A stretch of DNA of 63,922 bases, filler included, from Vicugna vicugna (GCA_013265495.1; 72 parts of 71 records of this genome joined end to end with filler, not necessarily neighbours in it); one strand, 5' to 3'; shown: positions 1 through 12,492, counted from the whole stretch's first letter. Made by a program: numbers and translations. The notes: generated from the letters alone by a model not told the origin.

Positions 1-942
1 TTTTGCAGATGTGAATTTTGAATAGATTCATGTATGTACTGATTTCCTCATTCAGTAATTCAACAAGTGATATCTGTGTATTTGATTCCTTGGGTGTGCT
101 AGAATGACAATATCATTGCCCTCACTTAGCTTAGAGTCTAAGAAGAAAAACAAATATTTCACAGATACTTGTGCAATGAATTACAGTTGTCATCAATGGT
201 TTGAGGAAAAGGTAATTACGCTATGAGTAGATTTGGTAAGAGGAGAGGANNNNNNNNNNNNNNNNNNNNNNNNNNNNNNNNNNNNNNNNNNNNNNNNNNN
301 NNNNNNNNNNNNNNNNAGTATGAAGGCTATGAGAAGGTCCAGAAGGGAGCACAGAATATTTTAGAACTGATAGAAGACTCATGCAATTACAGAATAAGGA
401 TGAGTTGCAGAACAAGGCATTAGAAATTCTCAAAAAGTAGAGAGGTATCATACCACAGAAGGCCTTTCAGCTTATGTAAGAGCATTTGACATTCACTCTA
501 ATGATAATTGGAAGGTATTTTAAGAATTTTAAGCAAGAAAACGTCTTGAATGGATTTATTCCAAAAAATATATATATTTCTTTGGTGACTGAGCACACAC
601 AGATGTGAGAGAGATCTACTGGGAAGCAACTGCAAGAGGCCAGAGGAGGCATGATGCTAAGATGTGGATAGAGTGGCAGTAATGGAACAGTTTATATGTT
701 GACCGTAGGGTGACAGAGAGTGACAGAGAGGACAGCAACTATTGGAAAGTGAGTAAGAAGGAGAAGTGATGAGATCTGAGATCTGCTTGATTTTATTTAT
801 TTATATTGGGTAGGCTAAAGAGCTATTGATAGAAGAAAGGAGAATACAAACAGAAAGTATGGTTGGGCAGAGAAGAGTTCACATGGATGTGGCAAATTGA
901 AGAGAGAGGGATGAAAGAAAGATTTTGAGGTTGAGCACCATG

Positions 943-1042
943 NNNNNNNNNNNNNNNNNNNNNNNNNNNNNNNNNNNNNNNNNNNNTTAATTAATTAANN
1001 NNNNNNNNNNNNNNNNNNNNNNNNNNNNNNNNNNNNNNNNNN
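943..1042. other. Artificial scaffold-joining spacer N44-TTAATTAATTAA-N44 (first of ~71 identical copies in the window)
   Basis: The same 12-bp palindrome, with stop codons in all six frames and exactly 44 N on each side, recurs every ~0.4-1.7 kb. Sequences on either side of a spacer are unrelated. Confidence 0.97.
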
Positions 1043-1860
1043 TACACTTATTCTGGCTGCTATTAAAGAACTTAGGACAGACCCTCAGCAATATTATTGA
1101 AAAAAAAATTTTAAAAACTATGTACACTACCCAGATTGAGATGAAAAATAATTTCCATCATACCAGATATCCTATGGTCCTTCTCAGTTAAATCACCCAT
1201 CTCCAAAATCACTATTGTAACACTTATTAACATTAGTTCTGTCTCTGTTCTAGAACTTCATATAAATTAAATTGTACAATGTGTTCTTTTATTCTGTNNN
1301 NNNNNNNNNNNNNNNNNNNNNNNNNNNNNNNNNNNNNNNNNNNNNNNNNNNNNNNNNNNNNNNNNNNNNNNNNNNNNNNNNNNNNNNNNNNNNNNNNNNN
1401 NNNNNNNNNNNNNNNNNNNNNNNNNNNNNNNNNNNNNNNNNNNNNNNNNNNNNNNNNNNNNNNNNNNNNNNNNNNNNNNNNNNNNNNNNNNNNNNNNNNN
1501 NNNNNNNNNNNNNNNNNNNNNNNNNNNNNNNNNNNNNNNNNNNNNNNNNNNNNNNNNNNNNNNNNNNNNNNNNNNNNNNNNNNNNNTCAGAATATAATGT
1601 ATTTTTAGAAAAGAATAAATTAGTCTCTGCTAGACTCACCTTTGTGGTGTCATGTGCATTCTATGTGTCTTCTACAATGTTGGATAGATCCACAAGTAAT
1701 TCCTTTAAAATCAGGAACCCAAATCAGTAGTTAGGAAAGAGAAGGTATCATTTTTATTAGNNNNNNNNNNNNNNNNNNNNNNNNNNNNNNNNNNNNNNNN
1801 NNNNTTAATTAATTAANNNNNNNNNNNNNNNNNNNNNNNNNNNNNNNNNNNNNNNNNNNN

Positions 1861-2246
1861 TGAATTCCTTACTGCAATTGATTAGTGTACTGCATTCTTT
1901 ATCATCCCAGTTGTTAGAGTTGGCCAGTCCCTTTTTGCCTTCAATAGGGAGCATTAGACTTACTGGGTCATTACTGTTCCAGGGATTTATTGAGAGCCCC
2001 TCTAATTCTGGGCAAGCCTGGAGGCTGGCCTGGATGATGCAACATCTTCTGGAAGTTCTAGTTTGTGGGTAATTTGTTTCCTTTATCTCCTTCTCAATCC
2101 TCCTTGAAGGAAGACATCTACCACTTGCTACAGTTCTTATTCTTACAGGGGCAATCGTTTTCTTGAGGAAAACTGCAGTTTATCCAAATGCAGACTCAAT
2201 GTTTAGGACGCCTGACATCAGAACCAGGGCTCCACTTACATCCAGG
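1861..2246 (+). mobile_element. Degenerate class I (ERV1-like) endogenous retrovirus pol fragment, reverse transcriptase domain
   Basis: Translation across frameshifts gives AID*CTAFFIIPVVRVGQSLFAF, LFQGFIESP and KLQFIQMQTQCLGRLTSEPGLHLHP. These match the RT motifs xIDLxxAFFxIP..Q.LFAF, LPQGFxxSP and KLQFxQxQVxYLGHLISxxG in the correct order. The YVDD motif has decayed. Confidence 0.85.
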
Positions 2247-2509
2247 TGTACCTCCACGCAAGCACGCAAATGGGCTCCATCGGGTCTCGGTTTATCAACA
2301 CCCTGATCTACGGGCTAAGTGTGAGACTCTCTCAGCTACCTGAACACTGCCGAGACGTGCGTCCAATTTGTTCATATGGCCCGACCTCAGCATGATTCGC
2401 TCAACAACANNNNNNNNNNNNNNNNNNNNNNNNNNNNNNNNNNNNNNNNNNNNTTAATTAATTAANNNNNNNNNNNNNNNNNNNNNNNNNNNNNNNNNNN
2501 NNNNNNNNN

Positions 2510-3408
2510 ACAGCTAAAGAAACAGTAAGCAAAACTAAAAGACAACCAACCTATAGAATGGGAGAAAATAGTTGCAATAAATGAAACTGACAAGGACTTA
2601 ATTTCCAGAATATGTAAACAGCTTTTACACTTAATAAGAAAGAAAAACAAACAATTCAATTCAAAAATGGGCAGAAGTCCTAAAGAAACATTTCTCCAAT
2701 GAAGACATACAAATGGCCAATAGGCACATGAAAAAATGCTCAATATCATTATCAGAGAAATGCAAATCAAAACTGCAATCAAGTATCAACTCTCACCAGT
2801 CAGAATAGCCATCATTCAGACGTTCACAGACAATAAATTCTGGAGAGGCTGTGGAGAATTGGGAACCCTCCTACACTGTGGTGGGAATGCAGTTTGGTGG
2901 AGCCACTGTGGAAAACTGTATAGAGGTTCCTCAAAAGACAAAAAATTGACCTCCCATATGACCCAGCAATCCCACTCATGGGCATATATACAAAAGGATC
3001 CATAATTCAAAAAGACTCACCCCAATGTTCACAGCAGCACAATTTAAAATAGCAAGACATGGAAACAACATAAATGTCCAGTGACAGATGACTGGATAAA
3101 GAGGTTGTAGCATATTTGTCCAACAGACTACTATTCAGCCATAAAATAAGAATAAAATAATGCCATTTGCAGCAACATGAATGGACCTGGAGAATGTCAT
3201 TCTAAGTGAAGTATGCCAGAAAGAGAAAAGAAAATACCACATGAGATCGCTCACATGTGGAATCAAAAACAAACAAACAAAAAAAAAACCAAAGAAACAA
3301 AAAGATAAACTTATCTACAGAACAGAAACAGACACAGGGACATAGAAACCAAACTATGGTTACCAGAGGGGAGAGGGTGTGGGAAGGAATAAATTGGGAG
3401 TTCAAGAT
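2510..3408 (+). mobile_element. LINE-1 ORF2 C-terminus plus 3' UTR (decayed)
   Basis: [24 protein letters not shown] and [11 protein letters not shown] (L1 ORF2 Cys-rich end), followed by the typical 3' UTR 'atgccatttgcagcaacatgaatggacctggag'. Confidence 0.93.
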
Positions 3409-4486
3409 NNNNNNNNNNNNNNNNNNNNNNNNNNNNNNNNNNNNNNNNNNNNNNNNNNNNNNNNNNNNNNNNNNNNNNNNNNNNNNNNNNNNNNNNNNNN
3501 NNNNNNNNNNNNNNNNNNNNNNNNNNNNNNNNNNNNNNNNNNNNNNNNNNNNNNNNNNNNNNNNNNNNNNNNNNNNNNNNNNNNNNNNNNNNNNNNNNNN
3601 NNNNNNNNNNNNNNNNNNATTTTTAAATAAAAACGAAAAAACCCAAAAAATATATTATCAAACAAAAAGAATAACGTATGATTCAGGCTACAATANNNNN
3701 NNNNNNNNNNNNNNNNNNNNNNNNNNNNNNNNNNNNNNNTTAATTAATTAANNNNNNNNNNNNNNNNNNNNNNNNNNNNNNNNNNNNNNNNNNNNCAGGC
3801 CCATCGCAAGGACACAGTCTGAAAGCTGGGGGGTGGGGGGATCCCAGTATGTTCCCAATGTCCTCCCTAAAGAGGCAAATTCTCATAGATGGGGCCTTTA
3901 CAAATGAAGGGCCAACCCAGAATATCCGCTTTAAACCAGATGCCTCTGGCCAGAAAGATCGAATGTGTGTTTGGTCCCCGAGGGATTCTCCAACAGAGAT
4001 GGCCTCAGAGGGGTCCCCGACCTCCTGTGCTCGGCTAGGAGGGGACTGCAGGTCCAGGGAAGAGCCTGGTGGCTCTGTGGTGCCGTGGACATGCCAAGTG
4101 TCACAGCCTTTTCGGGGGCCACAGCTTCCACCCTTTCCTTCCACTCCTTCCACCCAGACACCCAGATGGACCTGTTACCACCATCAACCGTGAGGTAAAT
4201 AAGACCAACCTTCCGCGTTGCTCCGGGCAGCTCCGTCTCCCTTCCCTTCCACTGGTCCTGCTCCAACTGAAGTCAAGATTTCAGCCTCAGAGGCCATGAG
4301 AATTCCTACACTCCCTTCTCCTCCGGACCTCCATGAATAACCCCAAATACCGAATCATTGAAAAATAAGCTATAGCTGCCTTTCAANNNNNNNNNNNNNN
4401 NNNNNNNNNNNNNNNNNNNNNNNNNNNNNNTTAATTAATTAANNNNNNNNNNNNNNNNNNNNNNNNNNNNNNNNNNNNNNNNNNNN

Positions 4487-5374
4487 TTGACCAAAAGTTT
4501 GTGGGATTATTTCTGGCTCTCAATTCTGTTCTGTTGGCCTGTATGTATCATTTCCTACCAATACAATGCTGTCATTTTGACTGTAGTTCTATAGTATTAT
4601 CTGAATCATTAGCGTTAAGAAATGCCACTGATTTTTGAAACTTAATCTTGTAAAAATTCTTCGATCAGCTGTAGTAGTTTTTGCCTGGATCTTGTACGGT
4701 TTTCTATATATAGTAACATATTTTCTGCATATAGTGAGACTTTTACCACTTACTTTCAAATTTGCAATCATTTTAACTCTTTCTCTTGTTTGATTACTGT
4801 GGCTAGGTCTTCCCAGACTATTTGAGTCAGAATGGTGATAGTGTGCATCCTTTTACTGTCCTAGATTTTAGTGTGAAGATTTTGACTTTCTCACCATTCA
4901 GTACAATGCTGGCTGTAGGTTTGTAATCTATAGCTTTTATGATGCAGAGATATGTTGCCTCTATGCCCAATTTGGTGAGATTTTTTATCATAAGTGTGTG
5001 TTGAATTTTATCAAATGCTTTTCTTGCATCTATTGAGATGATCATGCAGTTTTGGTCCTTTCTCTTGTTGACGTGCTGTATTACATTGATTAATTTGCAT
5101 ATGTTGGACCACCCCTGTGTCCCTGGCATGATCCCCACTTGGTCATGATGTATAATTTTTTTCTCTGTTTTTGGGTTATTTTCGCTACTATTTTGGTGAG
5201 GATATTGGCGCCTGTATTCATCAGTGATATTGGCTTATAATTGTCTTGTTTGGTATTGTGTTTGCCTGGTTGTGGTATCAGGGTGATTGTGGCTTCATAG
5301 AATGACTTTGGGAGTATTCCATCTTTTTAAATTTTCTGGAAGAGTTTGAGAAGGACAGGTATGAGTTCTTCTAT
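4487..5374 (-). mobile_element. LINE-1 ORF2 reverse transcriptase region (decayed)
   Basis: The ORF at 4827-5138 reads [21 protein letters not shown]...[16 protein letters not shown]...TVKGCTLSP, the L1 RT motifs. Confidence 0.95.
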
Positions 5375-5474
5375 NNNNNNNNNNNNNNNNNNNNNNNNNN
5401 NNNNNNNNNNNNNNNNNNTTAATTAATTAANNNNNNNNNNNNNNNNNNNNNNNNNNNNNNNNNNNNNNNNNNNN

Positions 5475-6348
5475 CCTGAGGGTTTTCCTAAAGTCTCTGT
5501 GCCAGGGAATTCTAAGGGGTTTTGCAGGATATCCCAGAGTCAGAAGCTGCCTACCCAAGGTGAGGGAAGTTATTTCTCTGACTTCCCCGAACAAGGAACA
5601 CCTGTGAATGAAGAGAGCTGCCTGGAGTTGTCTCTCGAGTTCCCCCATGCACTGACAATTGTTCCGGAATCCTGAGCGTGGGGAGGTTCAACCAACGGTC
5701 AGCAACTCGTGGGTTCTAATGGAAAGCCTTAGCTCGAATCCCCTGAGGTTTTTCCTAATGTCTCTGTGTCAGGGAATGCTAGGGTTGTTTGCCGGATATC
5801 CCAGTGACAGAGGATGCCTCCCCAATTCAGGGAAGTTATTTCTCGGACTTCCCCGAACAGGGAACACCTGTGACTGTAGAAGACTGCCTAGAGTTGTCTC
5901 TCGAGCTCTCCCACGCACTGACAAAGTTTCCGGAATCCTGAGCGTGGGGAGGTACCACCATCGGTCGGCAGCGCATGGGTTCTAACGGAAAGCCTAAGCT
6001 CGTCTCCCCTGAGAGTTTTCCTAATGTCTCTGTGCCAGGGAATGCTAGGGGGGTTTGCACTCCCCAAGTAAGGGAAGGTATTTCTCGGAATTCCCCGAAC
6101 AGGGAACACCTGTGACTGAAGAGAGCTGCGTGGAGTTGTCTCTCTAGCTCCTCCACGCACTGATAATGGTTCCAGAATCCTGAGAGTGGGGAGGATCCAC
6201 CAACGGTCGCCATCGCGTGGGTTCTAATGGAAAGCCTAAGCTCGTCTCCCCTGAGGTTTTCCCTAATGTCTCTGTGCCAGGGAATGCTAGGGGGGTTTGC
6301 AGGATATCCCAGTGACAGAGGCTGCCTCCCCAAGTTCAGCGAAGTTAT
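5475..6348 (-). repeat. 267-bp GC-rich satellite (family A), reverse orientation
   Basis: Tandem copies of the reverse complement of the unit at 24757-25650; one copy has a 24-bp deletion near 6060. Confidence 0.93.
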
Positions 6349-6448
6349 NNNNNNNNNNNNNNNNNNNNNNNNNNNNNNNNNNNNNNNNNNNNTTAATTAA
6401 TTAANNNNNNNNNNNNNNNNNNNNNNNNNNNNNNNNNNNNNNNNNNNN

Positions 6449-6911
6449 CTATATTCTACATTCTATTTCTGTATTCTATATTCTAACTTCTGTGTTCTAC
6501 ACTCCATGTTCTACATTCTGGTTTCTAAATTCTGTATACTATATTCTATTTTCTGTGTTCTAAATTGTTATTCTACATTCTATTTCTGTATTCTATATTC
6601 TATCTTCTGTCCTGCATTCCATATTCTAAACTCTGGATTCTGTATTCTTTATTCTATATTGTATATTCTGTGTTCTAAATTTTATATTCTACGTTCTATA
6701 TTGTGTATTCTATAATCTATATTCTGTGTTCTACATTATATATTCTACGCCCTATATTCTGTATTCTGTGTTCAATTCTATATCTTCTTTATTCTAAATT
6801 CTGTATTCTACTTTCTATATTGTGTATACTATATTCTAAGTTCTGTTATCTGAATTCCAAGTTCTTAATTCTGGGTTCTCTATTCTTCATTCTATACTCA
6901 ATATTCTGTTT
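6449..6911 (+). repeat. AT-rich heptamer satellite, degenerate (ATTCTAT)n (family E)
   Basis: Continuous ATTCTAT/ATTCTGT/GTTCTAC variants. Confidence 0.93.
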
Positions 6912-7011
6912 NNNNNNNNNNNNNNNNNNNNNNNNNNNNNNNNNNNNNNNNNNNNTTAATTAATTAANNNNNNNNNNNNNNNNNNNNNNNNNNNNNNNNN
7001 NNNNNNNNNNN

Positions 7012-7165
7012 ACAAACACATAAATACACAGATACACACGTAAATTTACACGCACATGTATCCAGGAAAAGACACAGAGAGACTGAAACACAGAGAGGCA
7101 GAGGGAGATAGCAACAGAGAGAGAGAGAGACAAGACAGGTGCTGAGAGACAGAGAGGGGGAGAAG
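7012..7165 (+). repeat. Degenerate (CA)n/(GA)n low-complexity tract
   Basis: acacacataaatacacagatacacacg... followed by gagagagagagaga. Confidence 0.7.
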
Positions 7166-8350
7166 GAACACCGGAGCTACGAACTAGCAGAAGTCACACC
7201 CATTTTCAAAGCAAAGATAGTGAGGATCAAAAGCTTATTTCACTTATTCCAGAAACAAAGCTACTCATAGTCTATCTTTATTTGAGAAAACTAATTCTCT
7301 CCATCGTTATTTACTACCATGATACATTGAATGGAATATATATATGTTCCATTTGACATATACATGGGTATATGCCACAAAATATATATTATACACAAAT
7401 ATATATATATATTTACACATTCAATTTTATGTTTCAGAAAAGGATCCTGAAAGAATTTGAAGGGCAGAGTATACACTTGTACAAAAAGCCACCTTTCAAA
7501 ACACATTACGCGGTGTCTTTCCTATTTCTGTGTAACTCCTATGCTAGCCAAACGAGCCACTAAGCAGCCTAAAGATCTGTAATGAAGGGTGCCTCTCTTT
7601 GCTACTTTCATGCTTTTCTTGTGCACAGCATAATCGGTGCTAGGAAGAAACTGATTTTTTTGGCCTTGGACCTAAATGTCACTATACATTTGGTTGGCTT
7701 AGCCTTTCCAAACAATCAAATCATGCCTATGTCACATCAAAGAAACTACTAGAAAACAAAACTGTCAAAGGAGACTTATAATTTCCTAAAATGGAAATGG
7801 AAACAGAACCTACCTTGTGACAATGGGAGTTTCTCCAAATCATACAGGAGTCAGATCAGTGGGGGGGGCAGCGGGAGGCACCGGCACCACCCACTTTTGG
7901 CCCCATAGGGCGCGGCGACTCCCAAGAGTCCAGGCGCTGGGCAGGCTCGGTGGCAGGCCAAGCCCCACTGAGGCTTCCGCNNNNNNNNNNNNNNNNNNNN
8001 NNNNNNNNNNNNNNNNNNNNNNNNTTAATTAATTAANNNNNNNNNNNNNNNNNNNNNNNNNNNNNNNNNNNNNNNNNNNNACAGTCTGCTGGGTACCACC
8101 AGGAGAATCAACCGAATTCTCCCTCCCTCTCTCTATGTATTTTTTTTCCCTTTGTCTTTGTGCTTAATGTTATCAAAACAACTTTCCTGGTTGACATTTG
8201 TCCAGCTGCACACGTCTAACAGCAATCAATAGTAAGTTTGCACTAGAAAAATCTTGCTTTCAAATATTGCACCCTGTAGTCTCTCTCTCTATCTCTATAT
8301 GTATGTATGCAATACATGTATATGTATATATAAATTTTTTTCCCCTCCAG

Positions 8351-8527
8351 GATCTGTCAAAGCCACCAAGAAGGTAACTCAAGACCAGCCAGCAATTTCT
8401 AGGCTGGAGAAGGAGGCGGCCACCGTGGACTGTGTGTATGAGGCTAAAGCTTACAGTTACTATTTATTCTGGTACAAACAATCACCTAGTGGGGAAATGC
8501 TTTTCCTCATTCATCAGGAGTCTTACA
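8351..8527 (+). CDS. T-cell receptor alpha/delta variable (TRAV/TRDV) V-exon, 3' end cut by the scaffold end; resembles the TRAV14/TRAV19/TRDV1 group
   Basis: Acceptor 'tttttcccctccag|GA' (phase 1, typical of the leader-V intron), then open frame [59 protein letters not shown] with the first Cys, LFWYKQ and SGEMxFLI motifs. Confidence 0.92.
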
Positions 8528-9204
8528 NNNNNNNNNNNNNNNNNNNNNNNNNNNNNNNNNNNNNNNNNNNNTTAATTAATTAANNNNNNNNNNNNNNNNN
8601 NNNNNNNNNNNNNNNNNNNNNNNNNNNGAAATGGAAAGAAGAAAACCATTATTGGAAATGCAAGGAGAGCATAAGTGGCAAAGAAGAAACCAGAAGAAGG
8701 GAAGGAGGATATCAATACTCTAAAGATGGGAGAGGGAAGCAGGAAATCATAGGTGATTGGAAGCACTATCTTAAGTGAATCAGCTTATATGACTCTCTGT
8801 TTGAAGCGAACGGAGAGATGCATGGCCTGACGTGTTTGCAAAACAAACGAGAAGCAGACCAACANNNNNNNNNNNNNNNNNNNNNNNNNNNNNNNNNNNN
8901 NNNNNNNNNNNNNNNNNNNNNNNNNNNNNNNNNGAAATACTCAAGGTGATGTCAAGGATCATTCAGTACGCATCGACCCAGTGTCGCTGCTTGCATGTAC
9001 TCAGCACACTTCTATTCGGAAATCAGAGGCGTTCATTTATATTCATGAATGTTGATTAATAAGAGCATTTCGTGACCTAACCCAAATGCCGATTTGGAGT
9101 CAAANNNNNNNNNNNNNNNNNNNNNNNNNNNNNNNNNNNNNNNNNNNNTTAATTAATTAANNNNNNNNNNNNNNNNNNNNNNNNNNNNNNNNNNNNNNNN
9201 NNNN

Positions 9205-9571
9205 TATATAAGTTATAGGTGTACAATATAGTGATTCACAATTTTCCATTTATAGTTATTATAAAATATTGGCTCGATCCTCTGTGTGGTACAACCCATC
9301 CTTCGAGCTTATTTTATACCTAATGGCTTGTACCTCCTCACCCCCATCCTTATCTTGCCCCTCCCCTCTGCTCTCTTCCCACTAGGAACCACTACTTGTT
9401 CTTTATTATCTGTGAGTCTGCTACTTTTTTGTTATATTCTCTAATTTGTTGTACTTTTTAGATTCCACATATAAGGAACATCATACAGTATTTGTCTTTT
9501 TCGGTCTGACTTACTCACTTAGCATAATACCCTCCAAGTCCATCCATGTCAGCTGCAAATGGTAAAACTGC
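9205..9571 (-). mobile_element. LINE-1 3' end
   Basis: 'ggtgtacaatatagtgattcacaa...ttagattccacatataag...cagtatttgtctttttc...ttagcataataccctccaagtccatccatg' is an antisense L1 3' UTR. Confidence 0.85.
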
Positions 9572-10609
9572 NNNNNNNNNNNNNNNNNNNNNNNNNNNNN
9601 NNNNNNNNNNNNNNNNNNNNNNNNNNNNNNNNNNNNNNNNNNNNNNNNNNNNNNNNNNNNNNNNNNNNNNNNNNNNNNNNNNNNNNNNNNNNNNNNNNNN
9701 NNNNNNNNNNNNNNNNNNNNNNNNNNNNNNNNNNNNNNNNNNNNNNNNNNNNNNNNNNNNNNNNNNNNNNNNNNNNNNNNNNNNNNNNNNNNNNNNNNNN
9801 NNNNNNNNNNNNNNNNNNNNNNNNNNNNNNNNNNNNCCTTACAAGACTGAATGATTAAATCCTGTGATGGCTGAGCATCTTACCTAAAGTTGAAAAATCA
9901 AGATTTACAACATTCTTGTCAACAGGCACACTTTCAGCAGTTTTGCCATGCCTCACAATAACCAGAATGTCCGGGCCAGTTCTTGTGCACAATTTCTGAT
10001 GCTTATTAGCTCGTGGAAGCAAGTATATTTAGACATAATACTATGTACATCACTAAGCAAAGATGAATCATAATTTAATTTAAATTGAAATTTTAATTGA
10101 AATTACTTTGGTTCATCTGTCACGGTGGGGAGATATGTTTCACCTGCTGGCTGTGACCATTGTTTTTGCCTCCAACCTGGCTTGGAGGAATTATCGGGGG
10201 TTGAAACCAAGAGACCGGGTAAGATCCACCTGTTATATAACACCCTGTGCACANNNNNNNNNNNNNNNNNNNNNNNNNNNNNNNNNNNNNNNNNNNNTTA
10301 ATTAATTAANNNNNNNNNNNNNNNNNNNNNNNNNNNNNNNNNNNNNNNNNNNNGAAAGGGCATATTTAAGAAGAGGGGAAAGTCTGGGAAAAAGACATCA
10401 TCACAAGGACTCTCAAGCATCATCCAGCAATCATATAATCATTCTTTCAAGAGAGAGTTACTTAGGTCCTATTTTGTGCGAGATTTTACAAAGGGCAGAG
10501 AGACCCCAGCGTCCATGGTGGCAGCAATTTGCGGGGCTATAGTACAATTCAAATCCCGGTAACTTGCAACTTGTACTCAGTATAAAGGGAAAAAAATAAA
10601 GTAAAATAA

Positions 10610-10774
10610 TACTATGTAAACTCTACACATTGCTGAAAAAAAATTAAAGAAGACCTAAATACCTGGACACACAACGCAGGTTCCTGGATCAGATCACAAC
10701 ATTCCTGGAATGGCAGTGGTCCCCAGAGTGATGCAAACATACAACGTGGTCTCGATCACAATCCCAGTGGGCTC
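10610..10774 (+). mobile_element. Old LINE-1 ORF2 fragment
   Basis: 'attgctgaaaaaaaattaaagaagacctaaat...tcctggatcaga...atggcagtggtcccc' corresponds to the LLKEIKEDLNKW..SWI..MA..P region. Confidence 0.65.
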
Positions 10775-10874
10775 NNNNNNNNNNNNNNNNNNNNNNNNNN
10801 NNNNNNNNNNNNNNNNNNTTAATTAATTAANNNNNNNNNNNNNNNNNNNNNNNNNNNNNNNNNNNNNNNNNNNN

Positions 10875-11650
10875 TTTTTTTTTTTGGTATTCTATTTTTG
10901 ATTTTTCTGAGGAACCACGGTACTGTTTTCCACAGCGGCTGTACCATTTTATATTCCTACCAACAGTGAACAAGAATTCTGATTTCTCCACATCTTTGCC
11001 AACACTTGTTGTTTCCTGTTTGTTTTTTTTTTCTTTTGATAGCAGACATCTTGGTGGGTTTGAAGTGATATTTCATTGTAGTTTTTTAAAACTTATTTGT
11101 TTATTTATTAGTGGGGGAGGTAATTAGGTTTGCTTGTTTATTTATTTGGTGGAGGTACTGGGGATTGAACCTGGGATGCTAAGCAGGCACTCTTACCACT
11201 GAGCTATACCCTCCCCTCTCACTGTGGTTTTGATTAGCATTTCCTTAATGCTTACTGATGTTGAGCATCTAGCATCTTTTCATATGCTTATTGGCCATTC
11301 GTATACCTTCTCTGGAGAAACGTCTATTCAGGTCTTTTCCCTAGTTTTGAATTGGGTTGTTTGTTTTTGTTTTTGAGTTTTAGGAGTTTTCCATGTATTC
11401 TGGATAATAAGCCAGTAACATTTATGATTTGCCTTTTTACTCTGTGGATAGTGTCATTTGATGTACAAAATTTTAAAAATTTCACAAAGTCCAATTTGCC
11501 TATTTTTCCTTTTGTTACCTGTGCTTTTAGTGTCTTACCCAAGAAATCATTGCCAAATCCAATGTCCTGAAGATTTTGTCTTGTTTTTTCCTAAGGTTTA
11601 TTGATTTAGGTCTTACATTTAGGTCCTTGATCCATTCTGAGTTAATTTTG
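10875..11650 (-). mobile_element. LINE-1 ORF2 3' region interrupted by a SINE, ending in (TG)n
   Basis: 'tactgttttccacagcggctgtaccattttatattcctaccaacag', 'ttggccattcgtataccttctctggagaaacgtctattcagg' and 'aagaaatcattgccaaatccaatgtc' are antisense L1 sequence. Confidence 0.88.
11086..11216 (-). mobile_element. Camelid tRNA-derived SINE (Vic-1 type) inserted in L1
   Basis: Reverse complement reads GGGGAGGGTATAGCTCAGTGGTAAGAGTGCCTGCTTAGCAT...GGTTCAATCCCCAGTACCTCCA (Pol III A and B boxes) plus a CCTAATTACCTCCCCC tail. Decayed target-site duplication: tttcattgtagtttt (11071) / tctcactgtggtttt (11217). Confidence 0.88.
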
Positions 11651-12492
11651 TGTGTGTGTGTGTGNNNNNNNNNNNNNNNNNNNNNNNNNNNNNNNNNNNN
11701 NNNNNNNNTTAATTAATTAANNNNNNNNNNNNNNNNNNNNNNNNNNNNNNNNNNNNNNNNNNNNGGGCCTGCTGGAATGATCCCGCAGCCCGAACTAGGT
11801 GTCCTCGCTTTTGCCTTTGTTGTGATGAAATCCCCATACAGCTTCATTCATAACCGGGACTGTGATTATGGTTTGGTTTGAGGCTCAGGATGTGCAACAG
11901 CTCTGTTGATGCCTTCGTGCACCCGTGCCACAAGGATGAGAGGACAAGGAAATGTGGTCCAAGACCACAGCGTGAGAAGAGGAAGGATTTCCTTCAGTAT
12001 ATCTCTCAAAAGCGGATACTAAATTTTGGATGGCACCGGCACGGTTCGGCAGCGAGGACACCAAGTTCGGGCTGCAGGNNNNNNNNNNNNNNNNNNNNNN
12101 NNNNNNNNNNNNNNNNNNNNNNNNNNNNNNNNNNNNNNNNNNNNNNNNNNNNNNNNNNNNNNNNNNNNNNNNNNNNNNNNNNNNNNNNCGTGGAACTACA
12201 CAAGCCCACTCACACTCTGCCCTTCTGGAAACACTCCAAAATAACAGAGAGTAGAATGCAGAGCTGAGAACTTTTAGAAGCTCCATTTATACCAGAAGAA
12301 GTGTCCTGTGCTCTTTCAGATTTGTGAGAGAAGCGTAATCAAAATTTGGTTATCCTAATCGAAATAGTATTGGGGGTTCATCACAACAAAGGNNNNNNNN
12401 NNNNNNNNNNNNNNNNNNNNNNNNNNNNNNNNNNNNTTAATTAATTAANNNNNNNNNNNNNNNNNNNNNNNNNNNNNNNNNNNNNNNNNNNN

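Noticed and set aside
11150..11216. tRNA-Ala-like gene (also ~28945-29016)
   Set aside because: The cloverleaf is degenerate and carries the SINE-specific tail (with a TSD at the first copy), so these are SINEs.
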